Virus record (IMG/VR): IMGVR_UViG_3300037313_002209
Span: 1-46,497 of that record
Direction: 5' to 3' (one strand)
Length of the DNA: 46,497 bases
DNA from: a virus
Lineage: Duplodnaviria; Caudoviricetes
The notes below the pieces were generated by a model. The model was given only the letters and a program-made list of their open reading frames with translations. It was not told the DNA's origin and did not search any database. Shown here one piece after another: positions 16,700-25,880 of this stretch (positions are counted from its first letter, which is position 1; each line of letters starts with the position of its first letter). The position numbers and the translations under genes are program-made.

Positions 16700-18469
16700 T
16701 TAGAAACCATAGAAGGCCGCGACGTCGTTTTCATAACCGAAGCAGTAAGTTCCAGTTGGATCGGTACCATAGAAGTCACTATCAGTGCTACTGGTCCCAA
16801 ACACCAGCGTAAGGCTATCGACTGATGGCACCCATCTTGCAGCGTGACGACCTATGCCGTCTGATGCATAGCCAACAATTACCGAGCCATCTGCAGACAT
16901 GCCCTCCGCGTAAGTGTCATAATCGGGATCAGCAACTCTTAAGTCAACGGAGCCCGTGCTAGAAGTCCACTTAAAGGCGCGATACGTTACATGGGGATCA
17001 ATCGAATTGTAGGAAGTACCTGCTATAATTGAGCCATCATGCGAAACCGCAGTAGCTTGTGCTCCGTCATCGGTTGTACTGCCAATGTTCGTTGCCGTAT
17101 TCGTTGTCAGGTTCCATGATATCGGGCGATCACTCTGCGAAATATTTGGCGAGCCACCATTAGCCTGTATGTAGCCAACTGCTGTTGTGCCGTCGCCTGA
17201 CATGGCCAGGGCCGATGAATTGTAGATGGTATCGGTCACCACGCTAAGGTCGAGTTCGGTAACAGTTGATGCGTGCCACATTGCGGCTACAAGTCCAGAT
17301 GAACTATAGACGCATCCAACTAGCTTCGTGCCGTCATCGGATATGCCGTGGATTTCGCAGTTGTGACATCCTGAAGGAATCGTCAAATATGTCATTGCAG
17401 TTGTAGTTCGATTATAGACGAATGGCACAACATCACCAACGCCGCCCGCCTGGTATACGCCAGCTATAATATTACCGTCCGCAGTGACCGCAGAGGCTAT
17501 AGTTGTTCCTGGCAACGTCGTCGCCGCACCATCATGATCCCAATAACAACCTATCTGGGGCCCTGGGTCGCCATCGACAAGTGTCGTAGCTTGCCCAACC
17601 ATTATTGTAGCGCCTGATGCCATAGCATTGATCTGCACAAAGGGGCTGGTCGACTCCGGAATGTCAACATCAACCCAATTATGGCTCGCTGGTGCAGCAG
17701 ATATTGATGCAGTCAACGCACTCAGCTGCGCAGATAGCGCGCCGTGTGTCTGCTGGAGCACAGAAATAGGCGGACTCGCGCTAGCTGGCTTCAATGCTGC
17801 TGAAATTACAGCATGCAACTGCTGGACCAAAGCAACTGACGAGCTGATTGCAGACAGATCTGCTGCGAGGGCCGCAGGGAACAGTTCATAAACGAAAGCT
17901 GCCGCACTTATCCGCTTTAGATTGCCACCAATAACAGCAGCTATCGGCTGGTTAGTCACCTGTATCAGACCGTCATTCCATGAGCGGAATTGGTATGTAA
18001 GATTGATTTCTCTCGTGCCGCTGTTATTGCTCGCCGTCAACGTCCGTGTTTCACCAACCTTCTGGACGGTGAATGTGACTGAGCTGTCTGAATAAGGCAC
18101 AGAATTAATCGCGGTGCCGTATATTTTCAAGCTGCCAGCGAAATAGGCGCCTGAATCACGGTAGGCGAGGCCATAATCAAACACCATAAAATCATCAGTC
18201 GCCGGAAAGAGTAAAACATTGTTTGACCCAGGATCTAGGTTGATACTGATGAATGTATTTGGCTGTGCGAAAGGATCGACCTCCGTTATCCAACGGATAT
18301 TGCCATCTATGCGGTTGCCGGAGACGCCAGGGTTTGGCGCTTGTGGTGCGCCAACAAATAGCTCGCCAGTATCAACCGCAAATGCCAGCTGTCCGTCGAG
18401 CAGGTCGGTTGGCAGATCACTCCGTAACCCTCGCCTAACAAGCAACCGTCCGATCTTTTGACTTGTCAT
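16700..18469 (-). CDS. Putative virion fibre/appendage protein with C-terminal HAF-like repeats
   Basis: N-terminal VRRG...LP..L.DGQLAFAVDTGELFVG (fibre-attachment/Mtd-N-like); C-terminal repeats A..S.DG..(I/V)VG; late promoter upstream. Confidence 0.65.
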   Translation of the reverse strand: MTSQKIGRLLVRRGLRSDLPTDLLDGQLAFAVDTGELFVGAPQAPNPGVSGNRIDGNIRWITEVDPFAQPNTFISINLDPGSNNVLLFPATDDFMVFDYGLAYRDSGAYFAGSLKIYGTAINSVPYSDSSVTFTVQKVGETRTLTASNNSGTREINLTYQFRSWNDGLIQVTNQPIAAVIGGNLKRISAAAFVYELFPAALAADLSAISSSVALVQQLHAVISAALKPASASPPISVLQQTHGALSAQLSALTASISAAPASHNWVDVDIPESTSPFVQINAMASGATIMVGQATTLVDGDPGPQIGCYWDHDGAATTLPGTTIASAVTADGNIIAGVYQAGGVGDVVPFVYNRTTTAMTYLTIPSGCHNCEIHGISDDGTKLVGCVYSSSGLVAAMWHASTVTELDLSVVTDTIYNSSALAMSGDGTTAVGYIQANGGSPNISQSDRPISWNLTTNTATNIGSTTDDGAQATAVSHDGSIIAGTSYNSIDPHVTYRAFKWTSSTGSVDLRVADPDYDTYAEGMSADGSVIVGYASDGIGRHAARWVPSVDSLTLVFGTSSTDSDFYGTDPTGTYCFGYENDVAAFYGF

Positions 18470-18484
18470 AATGCCTCCTATAAC

Positions 18485-18491
18485 TATTTAG
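18485..18491 (-). promoter_or_regulatory. T4-type late promoter
   Basis: CTAAATA directly upstream of the AGGAGG SD of 18469. Confidence 0.65.
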
Positions 18492-18573
18492 CTAGGATTG
18501 GCCACATTGATCGGAGTGCAGAACGGCTGTTGGAAGACAGGTGCAGACACTGATAATTTGAAATGTCCATTGA

Positions 18574-18604
18574 AAATGGGCGGACAAATATTGTCTGCCC
18601 ATTT
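18574..18604. terminator. Hairpin, probable terminator of the PEP-CTERM gene
   Basis: AAATGGGCGGACAA-ATA-TTGTCTGCCCATTT inverted repeat. Confidence 0.55.
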
Positions 18605-18707
18605 GCATGAAAGCCAAATATTATTGATCCTTCAGGTGAAGCGATCAGATTTTTATTTCACCGCCTTGCAGCCTTGAAATGAAATCTTTAAACCTAACCA
18701 AGGAACC

Positions 18708-19394
18708 TCACCGCCTACGTTTGCGCCTCAGCATTCCAACGGTGGCAAAGCCTGAAGCGAGGAGGGTGAGGGTGGTGGGTTCTGGGACAGGCAGTTCGGT
18801 GACGGTAGTGTGGACTTCCGTCGCTACCCACCATACGAACGTTTGCGTGCCGTCTCCAGGCCAAAAATGGTATTGGCTGGGAGATGAGGTGTCATCCGTG
18901 AGGTCAAACGGTCCATTAATGTTGCCATCTACCACAAAAGGTGAGGGTTGATTGTAGCTAACATTGGCATATTCAGTCTGCGTTTCACTTCGTGATTCTG
19001 CTTCGACGGAAAAAATATAACCTGCATCATTCCAACCAGCAACATACGAAACCGGCATCGGTGTGCCTGTTACGGTTCTTGTGTAACCGTTGATTGTCAG
19101 GTTGATTGTCGCAACAGGCCAAAGCCGGTACTCGTAAACCGAGAGTCCAGGAGATGGATAGACACCGATACCATTGTCATCTGTAACGTAGGAAAACGTC
19201 CCTGAAACCGGCAGAATTCGCGAGAAGAGGGTAAAATATCCTGCGCTTGCCATACCGAACAGGTTAGCGTCGTCTTCCATGGAATTGGTATAGCCGGAAA
19301 AGGTCCCCTGCACGAGGACGTCAGCGCTTGCTGGTGCGCCGATTATCAACCCTAACGCAACTACAGATACACTACCTAAAACCAACTTCCGCAC
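18708..19394 (-). CDS. PEP-CTERM sorting-domain surface protein
   Basis: Signal peptide ending PASA; C-terminus VPEPTTLTLLASGFATVGMLRRKRRR (PEP, TM helix, Arg cluster); AAGGAG SD. Confidence 0.9.
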   Translation of the reverse strand: MRKLVLGSVSVVALGLIIGAPASADVLVQGTFSGYTNSMEDDANLFGMASAGYFTLFSRILPVSGTFSYVTDDNGIGVYPSPGLSVYEYRLWPVATINLTINGYTRTVTGTPMPVSYVAGWNDAGYIFSVEAESRSETQTEYANVSYNQPSPFVVDGNINGPFDLTDDTSSPSQYHFWPGDGTQTFVWWVATEVHTTVTELPVPEPTTLTLLASGFATVGMLRRKRRR

Positions 19395-19603
19395 GGACGA
19401 AACTCCTTAACAACCTGTAACAGCAATATACAGGCTCAAGCACAGAAGCCATCCGAAGATTGACGGTGATGGTTTCTAAATCATCTGTGGACCATTAACT
19501 AGGGTTTCTAACCGTTGCTAAGGTAGGAGTGGTTGTTCTAACGTTCCTGTTATTATAGGAGTGCTTCTGGATGTAACAGGCGGTTAGGGCTTAGGAGGTC
19601 CCC

Positions 19604-20083
19604 ATGCGACGTGTAATGGTTGCAATCTTAGGAAGTGCGCTTTTAGCAGGATGTGCGGCGCAGAAAGCGACTACGGAGGCAAGACAGGTCGCCGACCGGT
19701 GCGCCGAGATGTATGGCAAAGGACATGCCCTGGAAAAGGCTACGTGTGATTCTCCTGCAATGCGGCGTGCATTGCTAACACAAGGTTTTACTCCGTTGGA
19801 GGCGGACATGTTGCTTGTGACACGGCAAAGCATTGCACAACGCGTCGATATGGGACAAATTACGGGCTTGCAAGGTAAGGCGGAACTTATGCAAGCCACC
19901 AACCAGGTTATGCACCAGGTTCAATTACGGCGCCATGCCGAGGAACAGTCCGCATGCCGGCGTCAGAACAATCTTGACCGACAGCTGGCTATTGCCCACG
20001 CTGGTCAGGCCACTACCGCTTACCATATTTTGACGCATACAACACCTACCGTTACGTTTATTGAGAAAGATTGTAACTTCTGA
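19604..20083 (+). CDS. Putative lipoprotein
   Basis: MRRVMVAILGSALLAG-C lipobox; AGGAGG SD. Confidence 0.75.
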   Translation: MRRVMVAILGSALLAGCAAQKATTEARQVADRCAEMYGKGHALEKATCDSPAMRRALLTQGFTPLEADMLLVTRQSIAQRVDMGQITGLQGKAELMQATNQVMHQVQLRRHAEEQSACRRQNNLDRQLAIAHAGQATTAYHILTHTTPTVTFIEKDCNF

Positions 20084-20165
20084 AGGCGACCGAGAATGTA
20101 GAAAAACACAATGCGTAAGTTGTTTTTTGGCGCCCTCGCCGCGCTGGGATTGGATTCTAGATAGT

Positions 20166-21155
20166 TTACAATTGTAGTTTTAAACGAGCAATTAACTCAT
20201 CTATAGTCCCGCCCCTATCTTTATAGCGATCCCAGTACCACCTATTCTCTGCTGCACTGCAGGCTGAGCAGCCACCACCACGTAGCAAAGCAATTGGCAT
20301 ACATGTGCGCCGGCGATGTTTCGGGCAGCCTATAGTGACATGACGTCGCCCACTTAAGTACACAGTCTCGGACAGGTCGTAGTAGCCCATTGTTATTGCA
20401 TTTGCTACCTTGCGAAAAGAATCCGGATTGTACTTCAGGCGTTTCTGCCCTTCGGATTGCGAAATGCAATCAGGGCAACCGGTCCAGTGTGATGGGTACG
20501 CGTCTTGTTTGAATTCATGGTGAATAGGACAAATCACGCTGATCTTGCGCCCTTTTGTTGCCTCGAAAGTTTCGACAAATGACTCGTAAGTATAGCCGCA
20601 GCCTTCGAACATTGCCTCATATTGCGCGATCTTACGCTCTATCACCTTGCTATAGTTTTTTGGTTTGTGCGCTCTCCCTGGATTTATTCTTGGGCATCTG
20701 GCGCAGCCATTCTTGCTCTCTAACAAAGACGCGGTTGTCGTGGTAAACGGCAGGCTGTGTTGGTTGCACCAAACCTTGATCTGATCATTGAGCGTCTCTA
20801 TTCTCTGCTCAAGGATCTCAAACCGCTTACCATGCTTAAGAAGCAACCTCCGCTGGATCTCGTCCATGCTAACTTGCCTGTTTGAGATCTTCTTTGGCCG
20901 CCTGCACTTGCATTCTGTTTTAGATGAAGACTTTACTTTGCGCCCGTGGTTTATGTTAGTTTCAAAGGCTAGCCCGCAGAGCCTGCAAATAACTGGAATC
21001 GGCCGGTGCCGTCCGTCCCATGCCTCTTCGGTGACTAGCCGGTAATCATAGGTGTCGTTATGCAGCGCCCGCGCCGCTTTGATCCATTGCTCACGGGTTT
21101 GCTGCCTGCCATACTGGACGTTGTTTGTAAGGTGGCGAACCTTCAGTTTACGCAC
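20166..21155 (-). CDS. Repeated zinc-ribbon (DUF723-like) DNA-binding protein
   Basis: Four units of pattern Y.Y....I.C..H..F......GC..C; no clear nuclease domain. Confidence 0.65.
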   Translation of the reverse strand: MRKLKVRHLTNNVQYGRQQTREQWIKAARALHNDTYDYRLVTEEAWDGRHRPIPVICRLCGLAFETNINHGRKVKSSSKTECKCRRPKKISNRQVSMDEIQRRLLLKHGKRFEILEQRIETLNDQIKVWCNQHSLPFTTTTASLLESKNGCARCPRINPGRAHKPKNYSKVIERKIAQYEAMFEGCGYTYESFVETFEATKGRKISVICPIHHEFKQDAYPSHWTGCPDCISQSEGQKRLKYNPDSFRKVANAITMGYYDLSETVYLSGRRHVTIGCPKHRRRTCMPIALLRGGGCSACSAAENRWYWDRYKDRGGTIDELIARLKLQL

Positions 21156-21981
21156 CTACAGTCAGCAACAGCCGTGCGGTTTGTTCTTCGTCGAGCCGTG
21201 TGAGCGTGCCATTTATACGGCAATACAAGCAATCATCTTCTTCAACTCTACGTGCTTGTGTGCCATCGGCTCCTAATTTTTGCAGCTTCTCTTTCACTAA
21301 TTGCTTTTTTCGTTGTGAAGCAAGCCACGCTTGATATTCTATGACCGTCATGTTGTGGGCTTTTGCATCAGCAGCGAGAAACCGTCGCGCTTCCTCCTGC
21401 ATGGCTTCTTGCTTTGCTTGCCGCTCCAGGCGCTTCGACAACTCATCTGCTTCTTGAACTGCCTTAAGGCGCGCTTTGTTGGCTCGGACTTTGCCAGCAA
21501 TCCCGCCATGCCATTGAGTTCCATCTGGTTCGACGTAGGTCCTATCCAACAGGGCAATGATTTGGCTTTGATTTATTGGCAGTTGGACCAGTTCTTTGTG
21601 GGTCCACAGCCATTCAAGCGCGTGCGCCATGAGTTCCCGCTTCTCTAGCAGGTACCCTATACGGGTCTTTTCGTCTTCTGAGCGCCTTCCCTTTAATTCG
21701 TCGGGTTTTACAAGGAATCGTGTGATGATTTGTTGGTATAGCCCAGTCACCCGGTACTTTGCTAGTTCTTTGCTAAATTTTGAGCTTAATTTGTAATCGC
21801 TCTCGACAACATAATAGCAATGGTACGCGAGTGCTACCATGCCTTTGAGTTCTTCTTCCCTCTGCGCTCCTAGGCGCATCAGCGACTGACGGATGTCAGC
21901 GAATCCAAGCTCAAGCCTCTCGAAAAGCGCTTCGGTAGTGCTTTGTTCTACAGGCTGTAAGCGTCGCGCTTTTTGTGCCAT
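21148..21981 (-). CDS. Hypothetical protein
   Basis: 277 aa; promoter TTGACA-N17-TAAGTT upstream; overlaps the start of the downstream gene. Confidence 0.7.
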   Translation of the reverse strand: MAQKARRLQPVEQSTTEALFERLELGFADIRQSLMRLGAQREEELKGMVALAYHCYYVVESDYKLSSKFSKELAKYRVTGLYQQIITRFLVKPDELKGRRSEDEKTRIGYLLEKRELMAHALEWLWTHKELVQLPINQSQIIALLDRTYVEPDGTQWHGGIAGKVRANKARLKAVQEADELSKRLERQAKQEAMQEEARRFLAADAKAHNMTVIEYQAWLASQRKKQLVKEKLQKLGADGTQARRVEEDDCLYCRINGTLTRLDEEQTARLLLTVGA

Positions 21982-22051
21982 TGCACCCTGCGGGTAAGTT
22001 GCTGCGCAACTTACTTTTGCAATGCTTGGATGTCAAGGGCTAAAATTCAAG

Positions 22052-22090
22052 CGGCCTTGATAGACGGCCTTGATAGACGGCCTTGATAGA
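22052..22090. repeat. Tandem repeat, 3 x 13 bp
   Basis: CGGCCTTGATAGA three times, exact, no spacers. Confidence 0.9.
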
Positions 22091-22117
22091 AAAGGGCACA
22101 CCGAAGCGCACCCTTTT
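22090..22117 (-). terminator. Intrinsic terminator of the capsid gene
   Basis: Minus strand GGGTGCGC-TTCG-GTGTGCCC-TTTT (UUCG loop, G-U pairs). Confidence 0.8.
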
Positions 22118-22160
22118 CCTCAAACGTTGCAGGACCAGTTTCGTTCTGGTGCCGTAACAA

Positions 22161-23387
22161 TCACAGGAATTTCAAATTCGCTGTGTTTATGCCCACAACT
22201 GCAAGGTAATCCGCGGCATTACCGAGGGAGCTCGCGCTGTTGGTCAATTCTAAATATCCATAACGAGTCATAAACGAAACCACTGGCTCAAACGTGCTAG
22301 GATCTATTACGACACCAGAACTAGTTAGCGGAACATACGGGCAATAATAGGCAGCAGCATCAATCTCCCCCTGCCCCTTATATCCAATCAGCACTGGCGT
22401 CGCGTCGCCCGCATACGTGTTTACGTATATGCGCATCGAGTTGTTGAGCAATCCAGCGAACTTCATATTCGTCGGAGCCTCGAACACACCCTCAGTTGTG
22501 CGAGCGAATGCCGAAGTTGTTGCACTCTGCAGAACCGTAAGAGCAGTCGGCGAAACAACAGCCCAGTTAGCAGCGCCACGACGTGTACGCTGTGCAATCA
22601 AGTTGGCTTGACGATTCAAAAGAACCGAAAGAGCAGCGTGCTCATCACCAACGAACGTTGCCGTGCCGGAAACGTTGGCCTGATCATAGATGGCAGTCGG
22701 AGCGCCGGGAAGCGCGATCAGCGACGTCAAGATCTCCTGGTCGATTTCAGCAGTAATTTCCTGGGCAAGTGCAGCCATAATTTCTGCTTCGATATCAATA
22801 CCTTGCTGCGCTTGGGCATCTTGTGCAGCCTCGAAGGTCCAGCGAGCGGACAGACGACGGGTCTTTGCCTCAACAGTCTCCTTGAGGATTTGAATGCTCA
22901 GGCGGTTGCCAGGGCGTCCCTCAAGATACGCAGTCGGTGCAGCACGAGGATATGTCGGATCCTCATTTCCCGAGTAGAACTTCGCGATCTCATAGGGAGA
23001 CAGCGCCTCAGTACCAGCAGTCACGCCGTTCGTGCCACCAACATGGTCCGAATAGCGGACACGCAGCGTGTGCACCTGTGCCACTGGGCCAGTGAGCGGC
23101 TGCACACCAATGATCTCATTCGCAATCACTGTAGGCATAACACGACGAATAACGGGGAGGACAACCTTGTTAAGGGTTGCGACATTACCCGATGACGTAG
23201 CGCCAGCAGTTGCGTGCTCCAGCAGTGGGTTGCGACGCATGAGATCAAGCCGGGTATTCTCCAGCAGCGTCTCCATAGTCTTCTTCTTGTTGGGGTTTGG
23301 CGACCCATCCATATTAACCAGAAGATCCTTACCCTCGCAGAGGGCCTCTTTTGTGGCCTTCCAGTTGCTTTCAAACAACTTACTCAT
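22161..23387 (-). CDS. gp23: Major capsid protein (T4 gp23-like)
   Basis: VIRRVMP.VIANEIIGVQPLTGP, VEAKTRRLSARWTFEAAQD, EITAEIDQEI, TRRGAAN, YCPYVPL, FMTRYG. Confidence 0.97.
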   Translation of the reverse strand: MSKLFESNWKATKEALCEGKDLLVNMDGSPNPNKKKTMETLLENTRLDLMRRNPLLEHATAGATSSGNVATLNKVVLPVIRRVMPTVIANEIIGVQPLTGPVAQVHTLRVRYSDHVGGTNGVTAGTEALSPYEIAKFYSGNEDPTYPRAAPTAYLEGRPGNRLSIQILKETVEAKTRRLSARWTFEAAQDAQAQQGIDIEAEIMAALAQEITAEIDQEILTSLIALPGAPTAIYDQANVSGTATFVGDEHAALSVLLNRQANLIAQRTRRGAANWAVVSPTALTVLQSATTSAFARTTEGVFEAPTNMKFAGLLNNSMRIYVNTYAGDATPVLIGYKGQGEIDAAAYYCPYVPLTSSGVVIDPSTFEPVVSFMTRYGYLELTNSASSLGNAADYLAVVGINTANLKFL

Positions 23388-23407
23388 TATTAAAACTCTC
23401 CTTCAAC

Positions 23408-24646
23408 TTACTTTTCAATGCCGGCTAGTCTTCGAAGCTCGACAATCTCAGCAGTCTGAGTTTGCGTATCTTCCGCTCGGGCAGATTCTTGTAGTCTCGT
23501 TGGACGGTTTCCGGTTAATTCAACCGTTCTCTTTTGTGCTGGACGTGACTCAGTAACGACCTGACGTCCTGCGGTTTGTTTGCTATCTCTTACGGTTTCG
23601 TTTAAAACTGCCGGGAGATACTTGCGGAATGCTTCTTTGAGATTTGCCGTCTTGACAGTCTCAAGGAGATTTTCCATTACTTCTCTTTTGTCCCGATTAA
23701 GGGGACGCAAGAGGTCGTTAAGCGCCTTGACGCGTGTGGCGCGCTCTTCGCTAATAACAACGCGACGCTGTGCCTGTTCAATCTGGTCCTTAGACTCCGC
23801 CAACTTTCTATTAACTTCAGTCAGCTTTGCCTCAGTCTCCTTCAAGGAATCAGTAAGCTTCTTAACGCGGGTGCCTTCACTGAGATAAGAAGTCATAAAT
23901 TCTGCCTGGAAGGCTTCAAACAATCTACGACCGAAGATATTCTCACGTGCTGCGCGAATATCCTCTTTCAGTTGGGTCATCTCTTTGCGGAGATGGCTTT
24001 CAACAGTTGTCTCAACAAGCTTGGATGCACGTTCGATGAACTGCTTCCTGGTTTCCTCAAGCTTAGATTTGGCTTCAGTCGCCATTCTAACCTTCATCTC
24101 AACCAGCTTGTCTTTGTCCTGCTTGAACTCAGTAACTTCCTTGCGTAGCTGCTCAACAACAAAGGACTCCAATGTGTTGATTCGCTTTGCCGCCTGCGCA
24201 TTCAGTGCGAGGCGATGCTCACGCAGCTTCTTAACCACAGCCACTTTGCTCTCAGTGAGGGAGGCCATTTGTGGCTTCAATTGAGACAAAACGAATGTCT
24301 CAAGTGTCTTCATGTGGCTGGTAATCTTTTGCTTATATGCAGAGCGAGTTTCCTTAATTGCCTTGGTTAGCTTCACTCGCTCTTCTTTGAGGGCCTTTGC
24401 TGCTTCGAAGGATTCCGTCGCATGCTTTTTGACTGCATCCGACAACATGTTATCCATAGCTTCAACGAGGTTGCTCTTATCCTGCTCATACCTGCGAGAA
24501 AACTCTTCGCGGATTTCGTTTGTCACCTCTTCGCGCAAGGAGGCCCGAACTTCATTAACCTTATTATTCCAAGCCTCTAAAAATGCTGTCTTGGTGTCTT
24601 CACTTAAGACCTCATTTTCTAGGAGCTCTTTCAAACCATTTTCCAT
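23408..24646 (-). CDS. gp22: Prohead core scaffold protein (gp22-like)
   Basis: Long coiled coil directly upstream of the MCP, FGRRLFEAF motif, ends LRRLAGI. Confidence 0.85.
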   Translation of the reverse strand: MENGLKELLENEVLSEDTKTAFLEAWNNKVNEVRASLREEVTNEIREEFSRRYEQDKSNLVEAMDNMLSDAVKKHATESFEAAKALKEERVKLTKAIKETRSAYKQKITSHMKTLETFVLSQLKPQMASLTESKVAVVKKLREHRLALNAQAAKRINTLESFVVEQLRKEVTEFKQDKDKLVEMKVRMATEAKSKLEETRKQFIERASKLVETTVESHLRKEMTQLKEDIRAARENIFGRRLFEAFQAEFMTSYLSEGTRVKKLTDSLKETEAKLTEVNRKLAESKDQIEQAQRRVVISEERATRVKALNDLLRPLNRDKREVMENLLETVKTANLKEAFRKYLPAVLNETVRDSKQTAGRQVVTESRPAQKRTVELTGNRPTRLQESARAEDTQTQTAEIVELRRLAGIEK

Positions 24647-24738
24647 AATCGGGGTTCTCCTAATTGTGGTCCCCTTCGGGTTTCACTCCGGACAGGTCAC
24701 TACCAGATTGGTTTTATGTGTAATTTTCTGTCCGGCGA

Positions 24739-24746
24739 TATTTATA
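24739..24746 (-). promoter_or_regulatory. T4-type late promoter
   Basis: Exact TATAAATA upstream of the scaffold-MCP operon. Confidence 0.8.
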
Positions 24747-24853
24747 AAACAGGCACAGAATTGGCGAGAATAGGTCAAAAACGGTGATTTCCAATTTGCG
24801 GGCTAGAGCGGGGCGCTAATCCTTGCTAGCATTACCAACAACGGGAGAAGGTA

Positions 24854-25102
24854 ATGCCAGCCTATTTTGTGTGGTTTAGGGAAAGGGATGAGGACACAAT
24901 TGTAGCTGTCACCAACAACCGATTAGCCAAAGGCAAATCTCTTACCATTATGCGTGGTGTGTCGGCTTCGGATGAGCATGCTATCATTCGCAACGCGAAC
25001 AGGTTATCGGCCAGAGGCAAGGCGGTCACCATAGTTAAAATACAGATGATGATTGGCAGGCAGGAGGAAGTGTTTGGTGACGAGCTATTGGAACTGCCAT
25101 AA
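24854..25102 (+). CDS. Small hypothetical protein
   Basis: GGGAG SD; first gene of a plus-strand island. Confidence 0.55.
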   Translation: MPAYFVWFRERDEDTIVAVTNNRLAKGKSLTIMRGVSASDEHAIIRNANRLSARGKAVTIVKIQMMIGRQEEVFGDELLELP

Positions 25103-25125
25103 TGTGGTGGTATATGGAGGTTGTT

Positions 25126-25584
25126 ATGGCTGATATGGGCGAATTATACCGAGATTGGGCCGAGCACAAGAGGAGGTCTAAAGCTGCCCGGTTAGAAAAG
25201 GCGGAACAGTTGGAAGGTTGGACCAAATTTACGCCATATCATTGGTCAACGACTATCCACGGTAAGCAGCTAGACTGGTGGCCAACCACTGGAAGGTGGC
25301 GATATAATGGCCGCACACAAGCTGGAACCCAGGAACACCTTCTACGGTTCATAGCAAGGCGCATCACCGGTAAGAAGGGCGCATTTGACGAACGGGACAA
25401 GCGCAAACTGCCGAAAACACCGGATGAAGATGGCTGGATACGGCATACCAAATATCATTGGTCAAGGACTGTCGGAGGCGCCCGCCTCGATTATTGGCCA
25501 AGCGGGGGCGCGTGGAGGTATGATAACGGACCTATTCAATACGATTGCAAAGATGCGATGTTCGACCTCATAAAAGGACAGTGA
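25126..25584 (+). CDS. Trp-rich protein with a duplicated ~45-aa domain
   Basis: GWTKFTPYHWSTTIHGKQLDWWPTTGRWRY versus GWIRHTKYHWSRTVGGARLDYWPSGGAWRY; GGAGG SD before ATG 25126. Confidence 0.7.
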   Translation: MADMGELYRDWAEHKRRSKAARLEKAEQLEGWTKFTPYHWSTTIHGKQLDWWPTTGRWRYNGRTQAGTQEHLLRFIARRITGKKGAFDERDKRKLPKTPDEDGWIRHTKYHWSRTVGGARLDYWPSGGAWRYDNGPIQYDCKDAMFDLIKGQ

Positions 25585-25586
25585 TA

Positions 25587-25880
25587 ATGTTGGTTAAACA
25601 TGCAGATTTAGTTGAGTCAAAATTTACGTTTGCGATTGAAGACTTTCAGCAGGATCAACTGGATGACGTTATCATATGGCTGTCCGAACAAGGCTGGACA
25701 GTTGTTAGCGCTGATTGGAGGTTCGATGATAAAGTAGACGGCAGTTACAAACTTCACAAGCCTAACTGGGATGTTCTGCTAACTACAACCTACCTTAGTA
25801 GACTGAGGGTATATGTTATCCTGGATGACCCAGTAAAAGCTATGCTCTTTAAACTTGCCTGGTGTGGTTACCAAAGCTGA
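25587..25880 (+). CDS. Hypothetical protein ending in LFKLAW
   Basis: AAGGA SD; LFKLxW C-terminal motif. Confidence 0.6.
   Translation: MLVKHADLVESKFTFAIEDFQQDQLDDVIIWLSEQGWTVVSADWRFDDKVDGSYKLHKPNWDVLLTTTYLSRLRVYVILDDPVKAMLFKLAWCGYQS

Noticed and set aside
16700-18469. Diversity-generating retroelement target (Mtd-like N-terminus)
   Set aside because: No reverse transcriptase and no template/variable repeat pair seen in the window.
20111-20164. Short ORF MRKLFFGALAALGLDSR resembling the PEP-CTERM signal peptide
   Set aside because: Only 17 codons with no clear SD. It could be a gene remnant but cannot be supported.
22052-22090. Possible CRISPR mini-array
   Set aside because: Units are 13 bp and directly adjacent with no spacers; no cas genes.
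24650-24735. Structured RNA or ribozyme in the scaffold leader
   Set aside because: Only weak pairing found and no recognisable catalytic or riboswitch core; would need covariance analysis.
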